Positions 1 to 10,018 of a stretch of DNA of 64,000 nucleotides are shown piece by piece (position 1 is the stretch's first letter; every line of letters begins with the position of its first letter). The translations under genes and the position numbers were made by a program. The notes beneath the pieces were generated by a model, which was given only the letters and a program-made list of their open reading frames with translations, was not told the origin of the DNA and made no database searches. This DNA comes from Actinomycetota bacterium (GTDB taxonomy: Bacteria > Actinomycetota > Actinomycetes > Streptosporangiales > Streptosporangiaceae). Location of the stretch: the NCBI GenBank assembly GCA_021324595.1, contig JAJPIV010000048.1:1876-65875 (forward strand). The letters are read 5' to 3'.

Positions 1-1383
1 AGCGCAACGGAGCTGGCCGAGGTGATCAGGGCGAGGCAGGCCTCCAGCGCCGAGGTCGTGACGGCCCACCTGCGGCGGATCGAGGCGGTGAACCCCGCGG
101 TCAACGCCGTCGTCACCGTGCTGGGCGAGCAGGCTCTCCAGGCGGCCGACGCGGCGGACCGCGCCCTTGCCGCGGGTGCCGACCTGCCGCCCTTCCACGG
201 CGTTCCGTTCACGATCAAGGACAACATCGACGTGGCCGGCACGCCGACCACCCAAGGGCTCAAGGCGCTGGCAGCGGCCTATCCGAGGCGGGACGCCCCG
301 GTCGTCGAGCGGATGAAGGCCGCGGGGGCGATTCCCCTGGGCCGCACCAACCTTCCCAGCGGCGCCGTGCGCTGGCACACCGACAGTGAACTGTGGGGCG
401 CGACGGTCAACCCGTGGGATCGGACCCGGACGCCCGGCGCGTCCAGCGCCGGGGAGGCCGCCGCGATCGCGACCGGCATGAGCCCGCTGGGGCTCGGGAG
501 CGACGGGCTGGGATCGCTCCGCCACCCCGCCCAGTGCTGCGGCATCGCCGCGCTGAAGCCGACGCTCGGGCGGATCCCGCACGCCACGACGAGCGGACCG
601 GATTTCGCCGCCATCGGAATGCAACTGACGGGCGTGTACGGCCCGCTGGCACGGCGGGTCGCCGACCTTCAGGCGGCCCTCGCCGTGCTCGCCGGGCCTT
701 CCTGGCGCGATCCCTGGACCGTGCCGGCGCCGCTGCGCGGGCCGGAGCGTCCGGGGCCCGTCCGGGTGGCGCTCGTCGTGGACCCGGCAGGCAACGGGAC
801 AGCGCCGCAGGTGCAGGAGGGCGTCCGGAAGGCGGCGGCCGCGCTTGAGGACTCCGGCTACGTGATCGAGGAGGCCGAGCCGCCGTCGATCGAGGCTGCC
901 GCGAATGCCCTGCTGGTCATGCTCAGCACTCCCGGCATCCGGCAGGGCTGGAAGGAGTTCCTGGCCCCCCTCGCGCCGCCCGGGACACGGCAGTTCATGT
1001 CGGCGTTCTTCGAGGCGGCCGGCCATCCGGGCGCGATGGCGGCCGAGCAGAGCTTCATGACGCGGCAGTCGGTGCTGCGGGCCTGGGGCGAGTTCCAGGA
1101 GGCCCGCCCGCTGATCGTCGCACCGGTCTGCACCGAGCCCCCGTTCGAGGCGGGGACGGACCTGAACGAGGGCCGGGTGGCCGAGACGATCGGCACCATG
1201 CGGATGGCCATGGCCGTCAACGCGCTCGGGCTGCCGGCCGTGGCGCTTCCCGTCGGCGTCGCGGGCGGTCTTCCGCAAGGCGTGCAGGTGATCGGCCCCC
1301 GCTACCGGGAAGACCTGTGCCTCGGTGCCGCGGGAGCGATTGAAAGCCGGCTCGGCGTCATCACGCCGATCGATCCGAGGTGA
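1..1383 (+). CDS. Amidase signature family protein (5' end probably outside the window)
   Basis: GVPFTIKDN, TPGASSAG and GSDGLGSLRHPA match the amidase Lys-Ser-Ser signature. The frame is open from base 1 (SATELAEVIRAR). Confidence 0.92.
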   Translation, partial: SATELAEVIRARQASSAEVVTAHLRRIEAVNPAVNAVVTVLGEQALQAADAADRALAAGADLPPFHGVPFTIKDNIDVAGTPTTQGLKALAAAYPRRDAPVVERMKAAGAIPLGRTNLPSGAVRWHTDSELWGATVNPWDRTRTPGASSAGEAAAIATGMSPLGLGSDGLGSLRHPAQCCGIAALKPTLGRIPHATTSGPDFAAIGMQLTGVYGPLARRVADLQAALAVLAGPSWRDPWTVPAPLRGPERPGPVRVALVVDPAGNGTAPQVQEGVRKAAAALEDSGYVIEEAEPPSIEAAANALLVMLSTPGIRQGWKEFLAPLAPPGTRQFMSAFFEAAGHPGAMAAEQSFMTRQSVLRAWGEFQEARPLIVAPVCTEPPFEAGTDLNEGRVAETIGTMRMAMAVNALGLPAVALPVGVAGGLPQGVQVIGPRYREDLCLGAAGAIESRLGVITPIDPR

Positions 1384-2789
1384 GGACGATGAGCGGATCC
1401 ATCGACAGGCTGACCCCGCTGGACCGGCTGATGGTGGCGGTGAGCGGGCGCTGGCCGCAGGACATCGGCGCCCTCGCGGTCCTCGACGGGACGGTCCTGC
1501 TGGATCCGGCCGGCGAGCTGCGGATCGACGCCGTGCGCGAGGCGATCGCGTCCCGCCTGGACCTGGCCCCCCGGTTCCGTCAGGTCATCCGGTCCCCCGC
1601 CCGAGGGCTCGGCGGGCCGCTGTGGGTGGACGCCCCGCGCTTCGACATCCGCGACCACGTGGTCACCCGCGCCCTTCCGCCCGGGACCGGCGAGGCAGGC
1701 CTGCTCGCGGTGACGGAGGAGCTCCGGGCCCAGCGGTTCGAGCCCGCGCGCCCGCCGTGGCGGATCTGGCTCATGCCCGGGCTGCCCGGCGGGCGGGTCG
1801 CGATGTTCGTGAAGCTCCACCATGCGATGGCGGACGGCATGGCCGCGATGGCGACGATCGCGGCCTTCCTGGACGCCGATCCGGGCGCGCCGGCTCCGCC
1901 GGCCTCGCCGTGGGCAGCCACGCCCGCTCCGCCGGACCGCGACCTGCTCATCGACAACGTCAGGCGGCGGGCCCGCGCCGCGGCGCGGGCCGGGTCGGTG
2001 CTCGTTCGGCCACGGGCGGCGCTGCGGCGCGCCCGCCGGGCCTGGCCCGCGGTCCGTGAGCTCATAGCCGAGGAGCCGTCCACCCCGACGAGCCTGGACC
2101 AGATGGTCGGCCCCGCTCGCCGCCTCGCCGTGATCCGGAGCGGGCTGGGCGAGGTCAAGGCCGTCGCCCACGCGCACGGGGCGACCGTGAACGACGTGCT
2201 CCTCGCCGCTACCGCCGGGGGCCTGCGCGCCGTCCTGCGCCACCGCCGGGAACCGGTGGAGGGCGTGATAGTGCGGGCATACGTCCCGGTTTCCCTGCGG
2301 CCGCGCGCCGACGGGCCTGTGGCCGGCAACCTGATCGCGCAGATGGCGGTCCCTCTCGCCATGGACGAGGCTGCCGCCGGGGACGAGCTCCGCCGCATCG
2401 CCGCGCAGACCGCGGCGAGGAAGGCGAGGGCCCGCGCGTCCCTGGACGTGCTCATCCGAGGCTGGCTCGCGCGCCGGCTCATGCTGGCCGCGGTGATGCG
2501 CCAGCGCGTCAACGTCGCGACCGCCAGCATCCCCGGTCCGACGGTGCCGCTCCACCTCGCTGGCGCGCGGGTGCTCGAGGTGTTCCCGGTGCTGCCCCTG
2601 ATCGCGAACGAGCCGCTCGGCGTGGGCGCGCTGTCGTACGCGGGAGCGCTCACCATCGGCATCGTCGCCGACCGGGACGCCTATCCCGATCTCGATGCCT
2701 TCGTGGCCGGAGCGCGGGAACGGCTGGGCATGCTCGGCGTGCGCACCCTCCCCGTGCCCGAGCCCGCGCCGAAGGGGGCACCCGCATGA
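1380..2789 (+). CDS. Wax ester synthase/diacylglycerol acyltransferase (WS/DGAT) family
   Basis: KLHHAMADG catalytic HHxxxDG motif, GATVNDVLLA, VPVSLR; GTGA overlap with the amidase gene. Confidence 0.9.
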   Translation: MRTMSGSIDRLTPLDRLMVAVSGRWPQDIGALAVLDGTVLLDPAGELRIDAVREAIASRLDLAPRFRQVIRSPARGLGGPLWVDAPRFDIRDHVVTRALPPGTGEAGLLAVTEELRAQRFEPARPPWRIWLMPGLPGGRVAMFVKLHHAMADGMAAMATIAAFLDADPGAPAPPASPWAATPAPPDRDLLIDNVRRRARAAARAGSVLVRPRAALRRARRAWPAVRELIAEEPSTPTSLDQMVGPARRLAVIRSGLGEVKAVAHAHGATVNDVLLAATAGGLRAVLRHRREPVEGVIVRAYVPVSLRPRADGPVAGNLIAQMAVPLAMDEAAAGDELRRIAAQTAARKARARASLDVLIRGWLARRLMLAAVMRQRVNVATASIPGPTVPLHLAGARVLEVFPVLPLIANEPLGVGALSYAGALTIGIVADRDAYPDLDAFVAGARERLGMLGVRTLPVPEPAPKGAPA

Positions 2790-3670
2790 CGCTCATGCCG
2801 GTCCGCGACGTCCGCCTGTTCGTCGAGGTCGTCGGGCGCGGCCACCCGCTCGCGCTGATGCACGGCGGCCCCGGCGCCGATCACTGGACGCTGCTGCCGT
2901 TCCGGCAGCTCGCGGACCAGTTCACCGTCGTCTTTTACGACCATCGCTGCAACGGGCGGTCGGCCGGGCCGCCAGTCACGTCGATGACCTGGGAGAACCT
3001 GACCGCCGACGCCGACGCGCTCCGCGAGGGGCTCGGGTTCGGGAAATGGGCGGTGCTGGGCCACTCGTTCGGGGGCAAGGTGGCCCTGGAGTACGCGCTG
3101 CGGTACCCGCAGAGCCTGTCGCACCTCATCCTGCTGGACACCGGGGGCGACAGCTGGTGGGACCAGCAGAATGCGCCGGAGCTGCTCGCCAGGCGCGGGT
3201 ACAGCCGCAGGAAGGTGGAGCTCGCGCGGCGCTGGTTCAACGGCCAGATCGCGCCCTGGGAGTTCTACCCGGCGCTCATCAGGCTCGGCCGGGCCTACGA
3301 TCCCCACACCAGCCTCGCCTCGGCGGTGCGCACGATGTTCGCGGAGCGCCGCTCAAGGGCGCGGCCGCGCGCGGAGATCTTCGGATTTCGCCACCTGACG
3401 AAGGGCTGGACGGTCATGAGCCGCCTCGGCGAGATCACGGTCCCGACGCTGGTGATGGCCGGGCGGGACGACTTCGTGTTCCCGCCCGAGCACCAGGGTC
3501 AGCTGGCGGCCGCGATCCCGAACGCGCGCCTGGAGATCATCGAGCATGCCGGGCACAACCCGCACGACGAGCAGGCGACCCTGGTCATGAAGGCGATCAG
3601 GGACTTCATGGCGACGGCCGGCCCGCCCCGCGGGCCCGCCGCGCCCGGGGAGCGCTGGGCCGCTGGCTGA
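2786..3670 (+). CDS. Alpha/beta hydrolase (proline iminopeptidase-like)
   Basis: HGGPG oxyanion motif, GHSFGG nucleophile elbow, GRDD and AGHNPH; ATGA overlap. Confidence 0.9.
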   Translation: MTLMPVRDVRLFVEVVGRGHPLALMHGGPGADHWTLLPFRQLADQFTVVFYDHRCNGRSAGPPVTSMTWENLTADADALREGLGFGKWAVLGHSFGGKVALEYALRYPQSLSHLILLDTGGDSWWDQQNAPELLARRGYSRRKVELARRWFNGQIAPWEFYPALIRLGRAYDPHTSLASAVRTMFAERRSRARPRAEIFGFRHLTKGWTVMSRLGEITVPTLVMAGRDDFVFPPEHQGQLAAAIPNARLEIIEHAGHNPHDEQATLVMKAIRDFMATAGPPRGPAAPGERWAAG

Positions 3671-3671
3671 C

Positions 3672-6107
3672 TCACTGGCCGGCGATCCCTGGCCCGGTCC
3701 CGGCGGGGGCGCCGAGCACTGGCGCGGCCCCGGGCAGCCCGGTGACGGGCTGCCCGGCGGCCGTGCGGCGGGGCGCCGGCGCCCGGCCGGGCGGCTGGCT
3801 CGGCGGCGGCCGCTGCGGCACCGGGGGGATGGGGCGCTCCTGGGGCGCGCCCTCGGCCACCCGCACCAGGTCCCCGTGGTGCATGATCTCGATCGGCTCG
3901 CCGGCGGCCAGCACGTAGCGGGCGGCATCGTGGGTCACCTCGACCCTCAGCCGCCTGCCCCGCAGCAGCACGGTGAAGGTCAGGCGGGTCAGGCCGGCCG
4001 GGAGCCGCGGGGCGAAGCTCACGTTCCCGTGGTGGATGCGCATCCCGCCGAACCCGCCGACCAGGGCGATCCAGGCGCCCGCGAGCGAGGCGATGTGCAG
4101 CCCGTCGCGGGTGTCGTTCTCCAGGTCCCGCAGGTCCATCAGGGCGGCCTCGCCCAGGTAGTCGTAGGCGAGGTTCAGGTGGCCGACCTCCGCGGCGATG
4201 ACCGCCTGGGCGCACGCCGACAGCGAGGAGTCCCGGACCGTGAGCGCTTCGTAGTACTCGAAGTTCCTCGCCTTCTGCTCCGCGCTGAACGCGCGCCCGC
4301 GCAGGTACATGGCAAGCACGAGGTCGGCCTGCTTGATCACCTGCTTGCGGTAGAGGTCGAAGTACGGGGCGTGCAGCAGCAGCGGGTACTGGTCGGGCCG
4401 GGTGGCGGCGAAGTCCCAGACCTGGTGCTTGGTGAACCGCTCGTCCTGCGAGTGGACGCCCAGCGCCTCGTCGAACGGTATGTGCATGGCCTCGGCCGCG
4501 TCGCGCCAGCTCGCCGCCTCCTCGACGCCGACCCCGAGCTCCCTGGCGCGGTCCGGGTACCGGCCGGCCGCGTCGGCCGCGGCCACCAGGTTCTGCTTGG
4601 CCATCAGGTTCGTGTAGAGGTTGTCATCGGCCAGCGCGCTGTACTCGTCCGGCCCGGTCACCCCGTCGATGTGGAACCGGCCGGCCGGGTCGTGGTGGCC
4701 GAGCGACCGCCACAGCCGCGCCGTGTGGACGAGCAGGTCGAACCCGGGGCCCCGGTCGAACTCCTCGTCCCCCGTCGCGTCGACGTAGCGGATCACCGCG
4801 TCGGCGACGTCCGCGTTGATGTGGAACGCAGCCGTCCCCGCCGGCCAGTACCCGGAGCACTCCCTGCCGGTGATGGTGCGCCACGGGAACGCGGCGCCGG
4901 ACAGGCCGAGCTGCCCGGCGCGCTCGATCGCCAGCGGCAAGGTGGCGTGGCGCCAGCGCAGCGCGCTCGCCGCCGCCTCCGGCGCGGTCATGGTGAGCAG
5001 CGGCAGCACGAACGTCTCGGCGTCCCAGAACGTGTGCCCGTCGTACCCGGTGCCGGTCAGCCCCTTCGCGGGGATCGGCCGGTTCTCCCCCCGCGCGCCC
5101 GCCTGCAGGACGTGGAACAGCCCGAACCGCACCGCCTGCTGGACCTCGGCGTCCCCCTCGACCTGCACGTCGGCACGGTCCCAGAAGTCGCCGAGGAACG
5201 CCCGCTGCTCGGCGAGCAGGCCATCCCAGGTGGTCTGCCTCGCCGCGCTGAGCGCCGCCCAGACCTGGTCCCGCATGGCGGGCATCAGGCGCTGGCTGGA
5301 CCAGCTCAGGGCCACGAACTTCACCAGGCGCAGCCGCTGGCCGGGCGCGAGCGAGGCCGCCACGGTGACCATCCCGCCGTCCTCGTAGAGCCGGGCGTCG
5401 GTCAGCGTGCCCGGGGGGCCGTCGACGATGTGGTCCATCGCCGCCGCCACGCACAGCCGGCTGGCCCTGGTCCGGTGCACCAGGACCACGGACCTGTCGT
5501 CCTTGGCCTGGTGCTCCATGACCAGCGGCTGGTCGAGCACCGCCGCCCGCCGCGGGTCGCCGTCCGGCTCCGGCATCGGCTCGTTGGCGATCAGCACGGA
5601 CTGGATGGCGATGTGCGCCGGCCCGGAGACCGGCTCCACCTCGTAGCAGATCGCGCCGATCGCGCGCTGGGTGAACGAGACCAGGCGGCCGGAGCGGACG
5701 CGCACCGCCGCGCCCGCCGGGGACACCCACTCGGCGGTGCGGGTCAGCAGGCCGGTCCGGAAGTCCAGGATCCGCTCGTGCGACCTCAGCTCGCCGTAGC
5801 GGACGTCGAACGGCTCGTCGTCGACGAACAGCCTGACGATCTTGCCGTTGGTGACGTTGACGAGCGTCTGCCCGACCTCGGGCTGGCCGTAGGCGGCCTC
5901 GGCGTAGGGCAGCGGGTGCACCTCGTGGAAGCCGTTCAGGTAGCTGCCGGGGAGCCCACGGGGGTCGCCCTCGTCGAGGCTGCCGCGCCAGCCCAGGTGG
6001 CCGTTGGAGAGCGCGAACACCGACTCCGACTGGGCGAGCAGGTCCAGGTCGAGCGAGGTCTCCCGGAGCGACCACGGCTCGACCGCGAACACGTCCTGCC
6101 GGATCAC
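3672..6107 (-). CDS. Glycoside hydrolase family 65 (trehalose/maltose/kojibiose phosphorylase-like)
   Basis: ESVFALSNGHLG, AKGLTGTGYDGHTFWD, GVTGPDEY, KQADLVL, DSSLS motifs. Confidence 0.95.
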   Translation of the reverse strand: MIRQDVFAVEPWSLRETSLDLDLLAQSESVFALSNGHLGWRGSLDEGDPRGLPGSYLNGFHEVHPLPYAEAAYGQPEVGQTLVNVTNGKIVRLFVDDEPFDVRYGELRSHERILDFRTGLLTRTAEWVSPAGAAVRVRSGRLVSFTQRAIGAICYEVEPVSGPAHIAIQSVLIANEPMPEPDGDPRRAAVLDQPLVMEHQAKDDRSVVLVHRTRASRLCVAAAMDHIVDGPPGTLTDARLYEDGGMVTVAASLAPGQRLRLVKFVALSWSSQRLMPAMRDQVWAALSAARQTTWDGLLAEQRAFLGDFWDRADVQVEGDAEVQQAVRFGLFHVLQAGARGENRPIPAKGLTGTGYDGHTFWDAETFVLPLLTMTAPEAAASALRWRHATLPLAIERAGQLGLSGAAFPWRTITGRECSGYWPAGTAAFHINADVADAVIRYVDATGDEEFDRGPGFDLLVHTARLWRSLGHHDPAGRFHIDGVTGPDEYSALADDNLYTNLMAKQNLVAAADAAGRYPDRARELGVGVEEAASWRDAAEAMHIPFDEALGVHSQDERFTKHQVWDFAATRPDQYPLLLHAPYFDLYRKQVIKQADLVLAMYLRGRAFSAEQKARNFEYYEALTVRDSSLSACAQAVIAAEVGHLNLAYDYLGEAALMDLRDLENDTRDGLHIASLAGAWIALVGGFGGMRIHHGNVSFAPRLPAGLTRLTFTVLLRGRRLRVEVTHDAARYVLAAGEPIEIMHHGDLVRVAEGAPQERPIPPVPQRPPPSQPPGRAPAPRRTAAGQPVTGLPGAAPVLGAPAGTGPGIAGQ

Positions 6108-6862
6108 GGCTCCGGCCTCCCCTCGGCGAGCAGGTCCGCCAGGTCCTTCACCACCACATCCGCGCCGTGCGCGGCCAGGGCCTCGGCCTGGCCGGCGCGA
6201 TCGACGCCGACCACGAACCCGAATCCGCCGGCCCGGCCCGCCGCCACCCCGGCGAGCGCGTCCTCGAACACCGCGGCGGCGGGGGGCTCAAGGCCGAGGG
6301 CGCGCGCCCCCGCGAGGAAGGTGTCGGGCGCGGGCTTGCCGCGCAGCTTGTCCCGCTCGGCCACCGCGCCGTCGATCCGCGCCTCGAACAGGTCCTCGAT
6401 GCCGGCCGCGGCCAAGACCGCCCGGCAGTTCGCGCTGGAGGACACCACGGCACGGCGCAGCCCGGCCCGCGCGGCGGCGCGGACGTAGCGCACCGAGCCG
6501 GGATAGGCGGCGACGCCGTCCTCGCGGATCCGGCGCAGCACGATCTCGTTCTTGCGCGCGCTGAGGCCGCGGATGGTCTCGGCGCCAGGCGGGTCACCCG
6601 GGCCGCCCTCGGGGAGCTCGATGCCCCGGGACGCCAGGAACGATCGGGTGCCGTCCTCCCGCGGCCTGCCGTCCACGTAGGCGTCGTAGTCGCGCACGGG
6701 GTCGAACGGCACGAACGGCTGGCCGGTCCGCCTGGCCCGCTCGCGCAGGTAGCCGTCGAACATCTCCTTCCAGGCAGCCGCATGCACCTCGGCGGTCCTG
6801 GTCAGGACTCCGTCCAGGTCGAACAGGCATCCGCGGATCGCGCCGGGCAGCCCGAGCGCCAC
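6104..6862 (-). CDS. Beta-phosphoglucomutase family HAD hydrolase
   Basis: FDLDGVLT, GKPAPD, VFEDALAGV; coupled to the GH65 gene. Confidence 0.93.
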   Translation of the reverse strand: MALGLPGAIRGCLFDLDGVLTRTAEVHAAAWKEMFDGYLRERARRTGQPFVPFDPVRDYDAYVDGRPREDGTRSFLASRGIELPEGGPGDPPGAETIRGLSARKNEIVLRRIREDGVAAYPGSVRYVRAAARAGLRRAVVSSSANCRAVLAAAGIEDLFEARIDGAVAERDKLRGKPAPDTFLAGARALGLEPPAAAVFEDALAGVAAGRAGGFGFVVGVDRAGQAEALAAHGADVVVKDLADLLAEGRPEP

Positions 6863-6872
6863 GCTTCCCAGC

Positions 6873-7421
6873 CTACGAGCCCGGCCGCCACCGCGCGGGC
6901 AGGGAGGCCCAGACGGCCTTGCCGCCGGAGCCGACCAGCAGCCAGCCCCAGGCGAGCGCCAGCGCCTGCACGACCTGCAGGCCCCGGCCCGACTCGGCCC
7001 CCGGGTCGCCGCAGCGCGGCACCGGGCCGACCGGGTTCTCGTCGGTGACGACGCAGACCACCCGGCTGCCGTGCCACTGCCAAGCCAGGCAGATCACACC
7101 CGGCGGTTCCCCGGGGCCGGGCGCGCCCGGCCCCGGGGAACCGCCGTGCCGCGCCGCCGGACTGCGGCCGTGCACGATCGCGTTGGTCACCAGCTCGGAG
7201 GCGACGGTCACGGCGTCCGCGGCAAGGTCCTGCAGCTGCCAGGACGCGAGCGTGCGCGCCGTGAAGCCCCGGGCGGCCCGGGGCGACTCCGGGCAGGCCC
7301 CGAGCCGGATCACGCGGTGCCGGGCGGCGGGCCCGCAGGCCAGGTCGGGCACGCACGGCAGGTCCGCCCGCCGCGGTCCGCCCGGCCCGGCCGCCCTGGC
7401 CGGGCCGGGCGCGTCCCGCAT
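6873..7421 (-). CDS. ATP-binding protein, anti-sigma-factor-like HATPase_c fold (start uncertain)
   Basis: ARGFTARTLASW, VASELVTNAIVH, AESGRGLQVV, GKAVWA; divergent from the DUF397/XRE genes as is typical in actinomycetes. Confidence 0.85.
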   Translation of the reverse strand: MRDAPGPARAAGPGGPRRADLPCVPDLACGPAARHRVIRLGACPESPRAARGFTARTLASWQLQDLAADAVTVASELVTNAIVHGRSPAARHGGSPGPGAPGPGEPPGVICLAWQWHGSRVVCVVTDENPVGPVPRCGDPGAESGRGLQVVQALALAWGWLLVGSGGKAVWASLPARWRPGS

Positions 7422-7500
7422 CCGCGTGAATGTCACAAAGCGCCCTTCGTGGCCCTCGCCCCCGGTCCTATACGGGACCGTTCGTCCGTTACGATGCCAT

Positions 7501-7531
7501 TGATCATGTGCACATGCAAGTGCTGTAGCAC
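7501..7531. promoter_or_regulatory. Palindromic elements in the ATP-binding/DUF397 divergent region
   Basis: CATGTGCACATG (7505-7516) and GTGCT-GT-AGCAC in a locally AT-richer stretch. Confidence 0.4.
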
Positions 7532-7616
7532 AAGCAGCGTCACCTGCGGCCACCGCCTTCCCAGGACCCCGGGAGAAGCGCCGACGGGCGAATGTTCTAG
7601 GTGAGAGGGACCGACG

Positions 7617-7856
7617 ATGGACGAAGCGAGGGCGGATGACGCCTACAACGGCATGCGGGCATCCGCGATCCGGATTGCGCGGTGGCGGAAGAGCCGGCAC
7701 AGCAACTCCAGCGGCGACTGCGTGGAGACGGCCAGCCTGCCCGCAGGCGGCATGGCGGTCCGCAACTCCCGGCACCCCGACGGCCCGGCGCTGATCTTCA
7801 CCCGGAGCGAGTGGGAGGCGTTCGTGCGCGGCGTCAGGGACGGCGAGTTCGACTGA
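7617..7856 (+). CDS. DUF397 domain protein
   Basis: WRKSRHSNSSGDCVE, VRNSRHPDGPALIF, EWEAFVRGVRDGEFD; GAGG RBS. Confidence 0.95.
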   Translation: MDEARADDAYNGMRASAIRIARWRKSRHSNSSGDCVETASLPAGGMAVRNSRHPDGPALIFTRSEWEAFVRGVRDGEFD

Positions 7857-8068
7857 CCGCGGCCTGCCGCGCCGCGCCCGGCCCGCCGCCCCGCGCCAGG
7901 GTGGCGGGCCGCCACTACCGGGCCGCCACCGCCGGGCCGGATGACACCACCGCAATGGCGGCGCGATAGAGTGGTCCGGCGCGTGCCATCAACCTGTGGC
8001 ACGACGATGGCCGCGTATGGGACACTTCGGTAGCCTGATCTCATTGGCGGCGTAAAAGGGGAGGGCGC

Positions 8069-8971
8069 ATGGTCGCAGCCGCGGACTCCGCTGAAGGTGG
8101 CGTCGTCAGCCTGGCCCACGGCGCCAGCAGCCCCACGGCGCTGCGCATCCTGCTCGGCGCCCAGCTGCGCCGCCTCCGCGAGTCCCGGCGGATCTCGCTC
8201 GAGGAGGCCGGCCGGGTGATCCGTGCCTCGCACTCCAGGATCAGCCGCCTGGAGACCGGCCGGGTCGGCTTCAAGGACCGCGACATCGTCGACCTGCTCA
8301 CCTACTACGGCGTCACCGACGAGCAGGAGCGCGAGGCGCTGCGGGCGCTGGCCAGCAGGGCGAACGCGCCCGGATGGTGGCACGACTACTCCGACATCCT
8401 GCCGCCGTGGTTCGAGGCCTACGTGGGGCTGGAGGAGGCGGCCACCCAGATCCGCACCTACCAGGTCCAGTTCATCCCCGGGCTGCTGCAGACCGGGGAC
8501 TACGCCCGGGCGGTCACGCTCCTGGACCACGCCGAGAAGCCGAGCCGCGAGATCGACCGGAGAGTCAGCCTGCGCCTGGCCCGGCAGGTCGTGCTCACCA
8601 GGCCGGACCCGCCGACCATCTGGGCGGTGCTCGACGAGGCGGTGCTGCGGCGGCCGCTCGGCGGCCCGGCCGTGATGCGCGCGCAGCTCAAGCACCTGCT
8701 CGAGCTGTCGCAGCGGCCCAACATCACCATCCAGGTGCTCCCGTTCGCCGCGAGCGCCCAGGCGACGGCGGACGGCCCGTTCAGCATCCTGCGGTTCGGC
8801 GAGGAGGACCTGCCGGACATCGTCTACATCGAGCAGCTCGCCAGCGCCCTTTACCTGGACAAGAAGGAGATCATCGACCGCTACCTGATGGTCATGGAGC
8901 GCCTGTGCATGGCCGCGGCGACGCCTGCCAACAGCGCCAAGACCATCCGCTCGGTGCTCCGGCAGATCTGA
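8069..8971 (+). CDS. XRE-family HTH regulator (WhiJ-like) with C-terminal DUF5753-like domain
   Basis: LGAQLRRLRE, ISRLETG, IPGLLQT, LDEAVLRR; RBS GGGAGG. Confidence 0.93.
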   Translation: MVAAADSAEGGVVSLAHGASSPTALRILLGAQLRRLRESRRISLEEAGRVIRASHSRISRLETGRVGFKDRDIVDLLTYYGVTDEQEREALRALASRANAPGWWHDYSDILPPWFEAYVGLEEAATQIRTYQVQFIPGLLQTGDYARAVTLLDHAEKPSREIDRRVSLRLARQVVLTRPDPPTIWAVLDEAVLRRPLGGPAVMRAQLKHLLELSQRPNITIQVLPFAASAQATADGPFSILRFGEEDLPDIVYIEQLASALYLDKKEIIDRYLMVMERLCMAAATPANSAKTIRSVLRQI

Positions 8972-9087
8972 GCCCGAGCGCCGCTGGGGCGCCTGCGCGG
9001 CTGGGCCCGCGGGGCTCGCCGCCCCGGCGCACGGTCCTGGCCGGCGTAATCCGCTCCGGGGACCGCCCCGGCGGGCCCTGCCGTCGC

Positions 9088-9427
9088 TCACGGGCGGTGC
9101 CGCCGTCGGCGCGTCCTGCCCGGGGGGCGCCCCGGGCTGACGTGGAACGCCGGGCGCCGCGGGCTTCCCGGGCGCGCCTGCGGCCTCGCGCGGCCCCGCG
9201 CCTTCCCGGGCGCCACCCTGGCCCGCCGGCGCTTCCCAGGGGCCGGCGATCCGCTGCCGCGGTGCGCCTGGCCGACCGCCCGGCAGGGCCTGCCCGCCGG
9301 GGCCGGGACCAGGCTCGCTGGGATGGACCGGATGCGCGTCCGCGTAGAAGATCATCGCGAGCCAGAAGCCGAGCGCGAGCACCGCGCCGATCGGGATCAC
9401 GATCAGCGCCAGGCCGGAACCTGCCAT
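9088..9427 (-). other. Possible small membrane-protein gene; 3' end undefined
   Basis: AAGGGGG RBS then MAGSGLALIVIPIGAVLALGFWLAMIFYADAHP (one TM helix) and a Pro/Gly-rich tail. There is no in-frame stop until 7643. Confidence 0.4.
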
Positions 9428-9646
9428 GGGACCGCCCCCCTTCGCCGCCAGCGGCGATGTCCCACGCATGTCCCGTTCCCCGGATCCGGCTCATGATGCG
9501 GCAGGGGACGGCGTGGCGGGAGGTGCGCGCGACAGGACGGGGCAAGGCCGGGCATGCCCGGTGATCCGGCCGGGCCTGCGCGGATGCCAGGGCCAGCCCG
9601 GCCGTGCGGATCCCGGCGGGCCCCGGCGGGCCGTGCGGGGCCGCGG

Positions 9647-9823
9647 TCAGCCGGCCCGGGCCGCCGCCTTCTGCCTGACCTCGTCGGTCGAGATGTGCGC
9701 CTTGTGCGCCGCCCGGCGGGCCTGCCGCGGGGTCAGCGCCTTGCGACCGCCCTCCAGGTAGTTGGCGATGCGCTGCTCAAGCGTCAGCGTCCCGTTGCTG
9801 GCGGCGGCCCGGCTCTTGGCCAT
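9647..9823 (-). CDS. Small basic hypothetical protein (58 aa)
   Basis: GAGGGG RBS before ATG; MAKSRAAASNGTLTLEQRIANYLEGGRKALTPRQARRAAHK has protein-like composition. Confidence 0.65.
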   Translation of the reverse strand: MAKSRAAASNGTLTLEQRIANYLEGGRKALTPRQARRAAHKAHISTDEVRQKAAARAG

Positions 9824-10018
9824 CGTTCCCCTCGCGGAGCGTCGATCGGTGGGTGCGGACAGCCGGGCGGCAACAACGCGGGGCCGATCGCCCGCGGCAA
9901 GGCCCGGCACGGTCACGCTACCAGTCCGCCGGGCCGCTCGCGGACCCGCGGCCGGCGCGGCGCCCGCTCATGCCGGACGGTGCCTGCGCGCGATGCCCGC
10001 GCGGATCCGGCGCCCGGC

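Noticed and set aside
7473..7488. GGGACCGTTCGTCCG as a DosR box
   Set aside because: Wrong spacing and no regulon-type gene adjacent.
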